A stretch of 64,000 bases of DNA, taken from the NCBI GenBank assembly GCA_050011355.1, contig JBEKJG010000004.1, forward strand, positions 2,508 through 66,507. Direction: 5' to 3'. Source of the stretch: Thermoplasmata archaeon (GTDB lineage Archaea; Thermoplasmatota; Thermoplasmata; Lutacidiplasmatales; UBA184). Within the stretch, counting starts at the first letter, position 1, and every line of letters starts with the position of its first letter. The notes under the pieces were generated by a model. It did no database searches and was not told where the DNA came from. It saw only the letters and a list, made by a program, of their open reading frames with translations. A program made the position numbers and the translations under genes. Of this stretch, positions 56,196 through 64,000 are shown piece after piece.

Positions 56196-57335
56196 CTACG
56201 GCATGTGGTCGACGACCGCCCGGACGGCGGCGCCGGGGGTCTTGAGGTGGCCGGTGCGCGCGAGGATGCGCTCGAGGGCGGCGAACGTCACGAGGAGGTC
56301 CGGCCAGTCGGCGATCCCCATGTGGCCGATCCGGAAGATCTTGCCGGTGAGCGCCCCCTGGCCTCCCTGGACCAGGATGTTGTACTCCTTCTCGAGGACC
56401 TTGCGGACCTCCGGGTCGCCGAGCCCCGCGGGGTTCCGGATCGCCGTGACCGTGTCCGACGCGTGCGCGCGCTCGGGGAACAGCTCGAGGCCGAGCCCGT
56501 CCACGCCGGCGCGCGTCGCCTCCGCCAGCCGGCGGGTGTGCGTGAGCCGTCGGTCGAGCCCTTCCTCCTTCAGCAGGAGGAGCGCCTCGCGCAGGGCGAG
56601 GAAGAGCGGGACGGCGGGGGTCCAGGGGGTGTCGTTCTTCTCGAGCGGGGCCAGGTGGGCCTTCAGGTCGAGGTAGAAGCCGCCGGGGTGGAGCGCCTCG
56701 ACCGCGCGGTCGGACATGTGCACGAGGGCGAGGCCCGCCGGGGCGGCGAGGCCCTTCTGGGAGCCGCCGACGATCGCGTCGATCCCCCACTCCTTGACCT
56801 GGATGGGGATCCCGGCGACCGCGCTGATCCCGTCGACCAGCAGGAGCGGAGAGCCGGCGCGGCGCACCTCGGCCGCGATCGCCCCGAGGTCGTTCGTGAG
56901 CCCGACGCTCGTCTCGTTGTGGACGACGCAGACGGCGCGGACATCCCCCTTCTCGAGCTCGGCCCGCACGGCGGCCGGCGCGATCGGCTGGCCCCAGGGC
57001 GCGGTCACGGTCGTGACGTTCGTGGCGTACTGGCGGACGATCTTGTCGCTCCGCTCGCCGAAGTTCCCGTTCGAAAGGACGAGGATGCGGCCCTCCCGGG
57101 GGAGGAGCGAGGAGTACATCGCCTCCAGTCCCGCGGTGCCGCTCCCGCTGAGGATGACCTGGTGGCCGGTGGTGCCGAACATCACCGGGAGGAGGTCGCG
57201 GATCTCCCGGACGACCCCGTGGAAGTAGTCGCCGCGGTGGTTGAGGGAGGAGGTCGACATCGCCCGCAGGACCCTCGGGTGGATCCGGACGGGGCCGGCG
57301 ATGAGGAACGTCGCGGTCTCGGGGTCGAACGTCAT
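56196..57335 (-). CDS. Class V PLP aminotransferase (serine-pyruvate/alanine-glyoxylate-like)
   Basis: IAGPV, GSGTAGLE, HNETSVG, VDGIS, GSQKGL, FRIGHMG. Confidence 0.92.
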   Translation of the reverse strand: MTFDPETATFLIAGPVRIHPRVLRAMSTSSLNHRGDYFHGVVREIRDLLPVMFGTTGHQVILSGSGTAGLEAMYSSLLPREGRILVLSNGNFGERSDKIVRQYATNVTTVTAPWGQPIAPAAVRAELEKGDVRAVCVVHNETSVGLTNDLGAIAAEVRRAGSPLLLVDGISAVAGIPIQVKEWGIDAIVGGSQKGLAAPAGLALVHMSDRAVEALHPGGFYLDLKAHLAPLEKNDTPWTPAVPLFLALREALLLLKEEGLDRRLTHTRRLAEATRAGVDGLGLELFPERAHASDTVTAIRNPAGLGDPEVRKVLEKEYNILVQGGQGALTGKIFRIGHMGIADWPDLLVTFAALERILARTGHLKTPGAAVRAVVDHMP

Positions 57336-58282
57336 CGGGAACCTCCGGGGGGGGCGACCTCCGCCCGGAGCGGCTCGCCGCGCAGCGCGCGCAGGACCTC
57401 GTCGACCACGTCGGCCCCGGCGCGCGCCTGGGCCTCGGCGGTCGACGCGCCCAGGTGGGGGGTGGCGATCACGTGCGGGTGCTCGAGCAGAGCGTGGTTC
57501 ATCGGTGGTTCCTCCTCAAAGACGTCGAGCGCGGCACCGGCGACCCGGCCGGAGCCGAGCGCCTCGAGCAGGGCGGCCTCGTCCACGAGGGCGCCGCGGG
57601 CGACATTGACCAGGAAGGCGCCGGGCTTCATGCGCGCGAACGCCCGGGCATCGAGGAGGTGGTGGTTCTCCGGGGTGAGGGCGGCGTGCACGCTCACGAT
57701 GTCCGCGCGGGAGAGCAGGTCGTCCAGCGGGACGATGGCGGTCGTATCGATCGCGGTGGGGACGAACGGGTCGAACGCGATCGCGTTCGCTCCGAACGGG
57801 ACCAGCCGTCGCGCGATCTCGCGCGCGATCCGGCCGTACCCGACGAACCCGACGGTCCGTCCGGCGAGCTCGCGGCCCGACGTGCCCCGTTCCCAGCGAC
57901 CGCCCTTCGTCGACGCGATCTTGGGCAGCAGCCCGCGGACGAGCAGCAGGTAGTACGTCATCGACAGCTCGGCGACGCTCGCGGTGGCCGCCGCCGGGGC
58001 GTTCACGACCCGGATCCGCCGCGCTCCCGCCGCCGCCATGTCGACGCTGTCCACTCCGACCCCCGCCCGCGCGATGAGGGTCAGCTGCGGTGCCGCGGCG
58101 ATCAGCTTCGGGTCGACCTTGGTCCGGCTGCGGACGATGAGGGCCCAGGCGGTCGGAAGGACCGCGGCGAGCTTCGTCGGGTCCGCGCTGACATCGTCGA
58201 CCTCGCAGGGGCCGTCGCGCAGCCGCGCGACCGCCCCCGCATCGATCGGGTCGGCGACCACGACCCTCCGCATCTCCCCCAT
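57332..58282 (-). CDS. D-3-phosphoglycerate dehydrogenase-like 2-hydroxyacid dehydrogenase
   Basis: RAGVGVD, GYGRIA, NVARG, LDVF.EEP, TPHLGAST. Confidence 0.88.
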   Translation of the reverse strand: MGEMRRVVVADPIDAGAVARLRDGPCEVDDVSADPTKLAAVLPTAWALIVRSRTKVDPKLIAAAPQLTLIARAGVGVDSVDMAAAGARRIRVVNAPAAATASVAELSMTYYLLLVRGLLPKIASTKGGRWERGTSGRELAGRTVGFVGYGRIAREIARRLVPFGANAIAFDPFVPTAIDTTAIVPLDDLLSRADIVSVHAALTPENHHLLDARAFARMKPGAFLVNVARGALVDEAALLEALGSGRVAGAALDVFEEEPPMNHALLEHPHVIATPHLGASTAEAQARAGADVVDEVLRALRGEPLRAEVAPPGGSR

Positions 58283-58330
58283 CGTGGGGTGGACCGCGGG
58301 ACGCTTGAAAACGGTTGCCCGCCGCGCCGG

Positions 58331-59281
58331 TCAGCGGGTCTTGGGGACGGGAACCTTTTCGAGGGCGTTCCGGACGATCTCCTCGCCGCGGATCCCTCGG
58401 ATCCACGGTTCGGGCTTCACGACGATGCGGTGCGCGAGCGCGGGGAGGGCGAGCGCCTTCACGTCGTCGGGAAGGACGAAATCCCGCCCCCGGAGCAGCG
58501 CCCGGGCGCGGACGAGCTTCTGGAGGGCGAGCGAGCCCCGTGGGGAGGCCCCGACCTCGGCGCGGGCGTCGGCCCGGGTCGCCCGGACGACGTCGATGAG
58601 GTACTGGGCGACGCTCGCCTCCAGCTCGATCTCCTCGACCGAGGCCTGGAGCTCGAGGAACGACGCGGGCGTGGTCACGGCCGGGACCTCGACCAGCTCC
58701 GTCTTGCGGAGGCGCCGCCGTTCCAGGATCGTCCGTTCCTCCTCGACGGTCGGATAGCCGATCCGCAGGCGGAGCAGGAACCGGTCGACCTGGGCCTCGG
58801 GCAGGGCGTACGTCCCCTCGAGCTCGATCGGGTTCTCGGTGGCGAGGACGAGGAACGGGCGCGGCAGCGGGTAGGTCGTCCGTTCGCTCGTGACCTGGTA
58901 CTCCTGCATCGCCTCGAGCAGCGCCGACTGGACCTTCGGGGGCGCGCGGTTGATCTCGTCCGCGAGGAGGACGTTGGAGAATATCGGCCCGGGGCGGAAG
59001 ACGAACGTCCCGTTCTTCGCGTCCAGGACCTCCGCCCCCGTGATGTCGTGCGGGAGCAGGTCGGCGGTGAACTGGACCCGCTGGAACTGCAGGCCGAGCG
59101 CCGCGGCGAACGACTTCGCCATGAGGGTCTTCCCGAGACCGGGGAGGTCCTCGAGGAGGAGGTGGCCGTCCGAGAGCAGCCCGATCAGGATCTGGTCGAC
59201 CGCCTCGTCGCGCCCGACCACCGCCGTCCGGACCGCCGCCCGGATCCGTTCGGCGAGCGCGGCGGCGTCGGCGGCCTTCAT
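58331..59281 (-). CDS. moxR: MoxR-family AAA+ ATPase
   Basis: EDLPGLGKT, QFT.DLLP.D, DEINRAPPKVQSALLEAMQE, NPIE.EGTY.LPEAQ.DRF. Confidence 0.95.
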   Translation of the reverse strand: MKAADAAALAERIRAAVRTAVVGRDEAVDQILIGLLSDGHLLLEDLPGLGKTLMAKSFAAALGLQFQRVQFTADLLPHDITGAEVLDAKNGTFVFRPGPIFSNVLLADEINRAPPKVQSALLEAMQEYQVTSERTTYPLPRPFLVLATENPIELEGTYALPEAQVDRFLLRLRIGYPTVEEERTILERRRLRKTELVEVPAVTTPASFLELQASVEEIELEASVAQYLIDVVRATRADARAEVGASPRGSLALQKLVRARALLRGRDFVLPDDVKALALPALAHRIVVKPEPWIRGIRGEEIVRNALEKVPVPKTR

Positions 59282-59341
59282 CGATGGTCCCCCGAGCGGA
59301 GGGCGGACTCCCTATAAGGCCGGTCGGTGGCCGCGCCGCTG

Positions 59342-59535
59342 TTCCCCGGCCGTAACGATCCGCCTCATGGCTGGGCGCACGCCGTCTCCGCGGTCTGACC
59401 CCGGCCGGGGGTGTCGGACACCGGGGTTGTCCTCACGTCATCCTCTGCGGACGACCCGTCCGCGTTGAGTCAAGAGGGACCCTTCGACGGTACCCGGGCA
59501 CGGTGTTACCCGCACCGTCCGGGTCACCCCGGCCC
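59342..59535. ncRNA. Candidate structured RNA or element in the MoxR cluster
   Basis: Several nested perfect 5-9 bp helices in a ~260-bp gap with no convincing ORF. Confidence 0.3.
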
Positions 59536-59538
59536 CCG

Positions 59539-60066
59539 CTATGAGGTTGCCGAGGGGTCGCGGTCGAACACCCGGGGGGCTCCGAGCAGGAGTCCGACCC
59601 CCACGACGCACGCGACGAGGAGGGCCGCGGCGATCCCGAGGGAGCCCACCCCCGACGGAAGGAGCAACGAGCTGACCCACGCGAGCGCCAAGACGGTCGC
59701 CGGGACCACGACCCCCGCCAGCCCGCGGCCGAGCGCCCCGGGGTCGCGGTCGGGGTCCTCGGAGCACCACAGGAGGAGGGCGAGCCCCGCGAGCCCGGCG
59801 GCAAGCTCGGGGATCGTCCCCAACGGACAGTAGCTGGCGAGGATCCCGAGCGCGACGATCGGCGGGAGCAGGCCGAAGAACCGGTAGTGTCGGGGCACCA
59901 CCCCGCGCAGGAGGCTGGCCAGCGTGGCCGAGCCGACCGCGAGGGGAACTCCGACGATCGGCGGAACGGCCGAGAACACCGAGAGGCCGATCGACGCCGC
60001 GACCAGCAGACCGTAGGCGGGACCGAAGGCGCGTCGCAGCAGGGCGGCCGTGGGCCGAACCTTCAT
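59539..60066 (-). CDS. Membrane protein of the MoxR/DUF58 cluster
   Basis: About 6 hydrophobic segments; ATGA overlap with DUF58. Confidence 0.7.
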   Translation of the reverse strand: MKVRPTAALLRRAFGPAYGLLVAASIGLSVFSAVPPIVGVPLAVGSATLASLLRGVVPRHYRFFGLLPPIVALGILASYCPLGTIPELAAGLAGLALLLWCSEDPDRDPGALGRGLAGVVVPATVLALAWVSSLLLPSGVGSLGIAAALLVACVVGVGLLLGAPRVFDRDPSATS

Positions 60067-61358
60067 CCTCCGCGCTCCCGGGCCGCGGGCCTCCGCAAGA
60101 AGTCCACGAAGCCTCCCAGGGACCAGTAGTCCTCCCAGTCGACCACCGGGGCGTCCCGCCACATCCGGGCGACCTCCTCGCGGCGGGTGAGCCGGGCGAA
60201 GCGGGCCGCGAGGGCCTCGTCCTCCTCCACGAGGTTCGTCCGTCGGGCCATCATCGGAAGGTAGGAGGGGCTCAGCACTACGGTCGGGAATCCCCGCCGA
60301 CGGACATGCGAGACGAGGTCGAGCTGTTCCTCGCTCGCGAGCGGGGAGAGGATCACCGTCGTCGTGTTCGGAGGGTAGTACCGGCGCAGGGCGACCGCGC
60401 ACCGCTCCGCCGGGCCGGGGAGGTCGGCCACGGTCGTCTCCAGGAGCAGGGTGCGCAGGCGTACCCGCTGGGTGCGCCCGGTCGCGAGCGGGACCGCGCG
60501 CAGGAACTCCCCGTAACTGGCGATGCCCACCCGGCTCTTCTCGCGCAGGAACGCCTCGGCGAGACCGAACGCGGCTCCCCGAGAGACCGCGAGCAGTCGG
60601 CCATCCACCGCGGGACCCAGCGACGTGGGCCGAGTGTCCAGGAGGATCAGGAGGTCACCGGTCCGGTCGAGGGCGTACTCGTTCACGAGCCGCCGTCCCG
60701 CGCGGGCGGTGGCCCGCCAATTGATCCGTCGGGGCGGGTCGCCCGGGGAGGCCTCCCGGATCCCGTAGAACTCCCCCGACTCCCCGACCGAGCGCGACAT
60801 GGTCTCGCCCGGCAGGGCGAGCGTCCGGCGCAGCCGCACCGCTCCGGCCCGGTGCAGTTCGGGCGGGTAGCGCTCTACGAACAGGTCGGACGCGTCCACC
60901 AGCGCCCGCCGCTCGACCAGGCCGAGCGGGTCGCGCCAGATCACGTCGGGAGGAGGGACCGTCATCACCGTCGGGTCCGGGACGCTCCACGCGAGGGTCA
61001 GCCGAAGGTACCCGTCCCGGACCACCTTCTCCGGCGGGCGGTCCTCCGTCACCCCCGGCGGGACGGCGACCGCCACCTCCAGCGCCTCCGGCCGTACGGG
61101 GGGTTCCGGGGTGAACAGCTCGGTCACGCGCACCGAACGTCCGCTCCCGTCGGTGCGGCCCTCGACGCGCACGGGCGGCGATGTGCGCGGGCCGAAGAGC
61201 CCGGCGCTGAGGGGCGCGAGGAGCAACGGGAACCCCAGGAGGACGGGCACCGGGCTCCGGAGCACGATCCCCACGCCGAACAGGACGACCGCAGCGCCCA
61301 GGAGGACGTACGCGGCCGGCCGCCAGCGGAGTCCCGAGGTCGGGGGCCGAGCGCTCAC
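60063..61358 (-). CDS. DUF58 (vWA-like) MoxR-associated protein
   Basis: GEFYGIRE..PGD..RRINWRATAR, ILLD; N-terminal TM. Confidence 0.88.
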   Translation of the reverse strand: MSARPPTSGLRWRPAAYVLLGAAVVLFGVGIVLRSPVPVLLGFPLLLAPLSAGLFGPRTSPPVRVEGRTDGSGRSVRVTELFTPEPPVRPEALEVAVAVPPGVTEDRPPEKVVRDGYLRLTLAWSVPDPTVMTVPPPDVIWRDPLGLVERRALVDASDLFVERYPPELHRAGAVRLRRTLALPGETMSRSVGESGEFYGIREASPGDPPRRINWRATARAGRRLVNEYALDRTGDLLILLDTRPTSLGPAVDGRLLAVSRGAAFGLAEAFLREKSRVGIASYGEFLRAVPLATGRTQRVRLRTLLLETTVADLPGPAERCAVALRRYYPPNTTTVILSPLASEEQLDLVSHVRRRGFPTVVLSPSYLPMMARRTNLVEEDEALAARFARLTRREEVARMWRDAPVVDWEDYWSLGGFVDFLRRPAARERGG

Positions 61359-61765
61359 CGGCTCCCTCCTTCGAGCTCTTCGAGGCGGCCCCGCACGTAG
61401 GCACGGAAATCGGCCCGCGATAGGCCACGGAGCCGGGCGACCTCCATCGCCAGCGTGGTCGGGCGGTCCGGGCGGTGCGACCGGCGTTCGAGCTCGTCCA
61501 GCAGGGCGACCACTTCGGTCCGGCCCGATCGACCGGCCGCGAGTGAGGCCCGGAACGGGGACGCGGCGTCGAACTCCCGAGGGGGTGGCGGGGGTCGGAG
61601 GTCGACGGTCGTGCGTCGGGCCGGTCCGATGAGGAAAATGCCGATCGCCAGGAGGGCGACGATCGCTCCGGCGGTGGCGACCCCCTGGTTCGGACCGGCG
61701 TAGACGGCGATACCGACCGCGACCCCCGCGACCGCGAGGAGCGGCCACCCCCGGGGGAGGTTCAT
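61355..61765 (-). CDS. Small membrane-anchored hypothetical protein
   Basis: Two N-terminal TM helices; overlaps neighbouring genes on both sides. Confidence 0.65.
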   Translation of the reverse strand: MNLPRGWPLLAVAGVAVGIAVYAGPNQGVATAGAIVALLAIGIFLIGPARRTTVDLRPPPPPREFDAASPFRASLAAGRSGRTEVVALLDELERRSHRPDRPTTLAMEVARLRGLSRADFRAYVRGRLEELEGGSR

Positions 61766-62691
61766 CGGTCCGGCACCGACTTCGACAGGTCGTCCATCGC
61801 CGCGCGGATCGCCGCGGAGGCCCGTTCGACCTCTGCCCTCCCGAGGGGGTGGCTCGAGTACCGGGCCTCCTCGAACACCCGCGTAAGGTCCATGGCCGCG
61901 GTCTCCCGGATCCCGAGGCGGGTCAGGTGGAGCTCCCGGATTTCCTCGGCCGTGGCCCGGTCGAGGTCCATGACGAGGGGCTCGAGGCGAACGAGCAACG
62001 TGCCGTAGAGCGCGAGGATCGTCGCACGGGGGTCGAGCGCGCTTTCGAGGTCCCGTGCGGCCTCACCCAGCGCGGCGTGCACCCGGGCCGCCACTTGCGC
62101 CGAGCGCTCGCGGTAGAGTCGGCCCTCGCGCCGGCCCTGGACGAATTCGGAGAGTCGCGGCAGGGCCGCGACGACCAACCCGACGCAGATCACCGCCACC
62201 ACCACGAAGAGCGTCCAGGACGGGAGTGAGAGGTTGAGCGAGTTCAGGACCCCGCCCGGACCCGGGGCGACGGTGTGGTTTCCCAGCGTCCCGGTTCCGT
62301 TGCTGCCGGTCGAGTTGTTGCCTCCGGCCCCGGTGACGGTCTGGAACCCTCCGCCGCCGCTCCCGAAGATGCGCGCGATCTCGACCACGATCACGGCCGC
62401 GAGCAGGAAGCAGAGCGCGCCGACGACGAACGGACGGTTCAATGGTCCGGCGCTCGTCACGCGCATGCGGGCGTAGACGACCGGCAGGATGATCGCGAGC
62501 GCGAACCCGATGATGACGACCGAGTCGACCCAGGAGGGAAAGGCGATCTGGGCGGTAGGACCGACCGGCGGCGGGGGTCCGGCGGTCCGGGCGGAGGCGA
62601 GCAGACTGACGGCCGCCCCGACGGCGAGCGCGCACAGCACGAGGGTCAGGAGGAGGAGCGAGGGTCGAGGCCGGGATCCCCGCGGCGCCAT
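61762..62691 (-). CDS. DUF4129-like membrane protein
   Basis: TM segments plus TAEE...LTRVFEEARYS. Confidence 0.82.
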   Translation of the reverse strand: MAPRGSRPRPSLLLLTLVLCALAVGAAVSLLASARTAGPPPPVGPTAQIAFPSWVDSVVIIGFALAIILPVVYARMRVTSAGPLNRPFVVGALCFLLAAVIVVEIARIFGSGGGGFQTVTGAGGNNSTGSNGTGTLGNHTVAPGPGGVLNSLNLSLPSWTLFVVVAVICVGLVVAALPRLSEFVQGRREGRLYRERSAQVAARVHAALGEAARDLESALDPRATILALYGTLLVRLEPLVMDLDRATAEEIRELHLTRLGIRETAAMDLTRVFEEARYSSHPLGRAEVERASAAIRAAMDDLSKSVPDR

Positions 62692-62718
62692 ACCCCACGA
62701 CCGAGCGCGGGGGCGGGA

Positions 62719-63633
62719 TTAACCCCTTCCGGGGGAGGGACCGCCCGCCACCGGCTCGGACGCGGCCGCCGGTGTGGGGCTCAGGAGGTAGAAGCTCCGA
62801 CGCTCGTGCTCCACGCTCACGATCGCAAAGTCGTCGACCGAGTAGCCCAGGTCGGCGGCGGCCCGGAAGGCGTCGCGCGTGGCGTGACGCCATCGGCCGA
62901 GCGCAGCCGGCTCGTGCTCCCGGACCAGGGCGAAGTCGAACGGGATCTCGAGATGGGCGACCGGGCCACTCGGCTCCTGCACCTCGACCGGGAGTCGCAC
63001 CCCGCTCTCGCCGGGCTCGGTCCGGATGAGCGGGGTGGCCGAGCGCCATCGTGCCTCGTCTTCGGCGGGGGTTGGGTAGGTCCCCTCGAGCCGGCGCTCG
63101 ACTCGGGGACTCGCGAGCGACCAGATGAGACGGATCCGATCGGACTCGATCCCCCGGTTCACCGCATCCGGGAGCTGGCCGTAGTAATGGTGGAGGTACC
63201 GGTCCGGAAGCCCCCCCAGCCGGTGGACGAACAGCCAGGCGTTCCGGCTCTGGAGCGGGTCGAAGGCGAGGCGGACCTCGGAGAGGCCCAGCTGGAGGAC
63301 CTCCTGCCGGAGGGACGAGTGCATCTGGAAGCCGAGGTGGTGGTTCTGGTACTCCGGGCGGACGGCGGTCGAGTGGATGTACTGGTAGAGCGCCGCCCCG
63401 TCCCACCCAAGGAACGCGACCGCGTACCCGGCCAGGTGGATGTCGGCAAAGCCACCCAGCACCAGGCCACCGTTGTCCTGGACCGCTCGCTGGAGGGGGG
63501 TCGGGACCGCGTCGGTCGCGTCCTCGCCCCAGACCGCGCGATGGACCGCGTCCACCTGACGGAACTCCTCCGGTTTCTCGAGCCGGCGGATGCGGAACCC
63601 CGTGGCGGCGGAACGGGAGGCGGGCGCGGACAC
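62719..63633 (-). CDS. GNAT-family N-acetyltransferase-like protein
   Basis: GGLVLG, HSTAVRPEYQ...G, FDPLQSRNA, YYG.L.D.VNRG..SDR. Confidence 0.8.
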   Translation of the reverse strand: MSAPASRSAATGFRIRRLEKPEEFRQVDAVHRAVWGEDATDAVPTPLQRAVQDNGGLVLGGFADIHLAGYAVAFLGWDGAALYQYIHSTAVRPEYQNHHLGFQMHSSLRQEVLQLGLSEVRLAFDPLQSRNAWLFVHRLGGLPDRYLHHYYGQLPDAVNRGIESDRIRLIWSLASPRVERRLEGTYPTPAEDEARWRSATPLIRTEPGESGVRLPVEVQEPSGPVAHLEIPFDFALVREHEPAALGRWRHATRDAFRAAADLGYSVDDFAIVSVEHERRSFYLLSPTPAAASEPVAGGPSPGRG

Positions 63634-63685
63634 GGCCCGAGAACCGGGGGACCGTACTTAACGCGGCCGACGCGGGGTTGGTGAT

Positions 63686-64000
63686 TCAGCGGCGGACGCG
63701 CAACTCGGCGCGCTTGTTCTCGTACCGAACCTCGTCGTTGGGCGTGAGGTCCCAGAGGATCTCCTCGAGCTCGGGGATGTTCCGGAGGAACTCGGCCTTG
63801 CTCTTGGTGACCATGAGGTGCTCGAACTTTCGGCGGGCGTAGTAGTACGCACCGACGAGGTACGCCCCCAGGATCGCCACGATCGGCCCGACGATCACGA
63901 ACACGAGGTTGTAGTTCGCGTACGAGGGGTTGGTGACGCTGTTGATGGACGAGAAGAACGACAGGTTCGAGAGGGGGGTGAAGAATCCGAGGGCCAGGAT
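63686..64000 (-). CDS. DUF3198-like membrane protein (5' partial)
   Basis: Frame open to the window edge; TM helix followed by RRKFEHLM.TKSKAEFLRN..ELEE. Confidence 0.65.
   Translation of the reverse strand: MLALGFFTPLSNLSFFSSINSVTNPSYANYNLVFVIVGPIVAILGAYLVGAYYYARRKFEHLMVTKSKAEFLRNIPELEEILWDLTPNDEVRYENKRAELRVRR

Noticed and set aside
59420..59485. TCCTCACG suggesting an HDV-like ribozyme
   Set aside because: The required P1/P2/P3 pairings could not be built.
1..64000. Many long Arg/Pro/Gly-rich ORFs in the track (e.g. 31434-34322 -, 51317-54442 +, 47810-50173 -, 16129-18141 +)
   Set aside because: These are shadow or antisense frames of real genes, caused by stop-codon scarcity in high-GC DNA. 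They show no recognisable motifs.
1..64000. CRISPR array, cas genes, transposase, integrase, rRNA
   Set aside because: No regularly spaced repeat-spacer array and no recognisable motifs were seen by eye.

Overview
GC-rich (roughly 70% by eye), gene-dense archaeal chromosome segment, most likely from an uncultured Thermoplasmata lineage. The basis for this is an aIF2-beta/TRAM fusion, L40e, archease, deoxyhypusine synthase, a ferredoxin-geranylgeranyl reductase pair, thermopsin-like ESGLP surface repeats, and TATA-like boxes about 28-30 nt upstream of apparently leaderless starts. Most genes are housekeeping: lysS, valS, ileS, trxB, a LysW-dependent arg/lys operon with argGH, NiCoT-nikR, ABC exporters and a MoxR/DUF58 cluster. 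The most notable signals are: (1) a tRNA-Lys(CTT) followed by two direct-repeat copies of its 3' end that bracket integrase-free cargo modules, i.e. a tandem array of islets; (2) a CARF-like/wHTH (DUF6293-type) regulator followed by phased AT-rich repeats and a ~220-nt highly structured candidate ncRNA; (3) several apparently real genes (archease, Pcc1-like, a small hypothetical, possibly lysZ) lacking an ATG/GTG/TTG start at the expected position; (4) a second structured intergenic element inside the MoxR cluster, a NikR-like operator, tandem MarR operators and an Arg-rich uORF coupled to a drug exporter. No CRISPR array, integrase, transposase or rRNA was seen. All family calls come from motif recognition by eye, without database searches.
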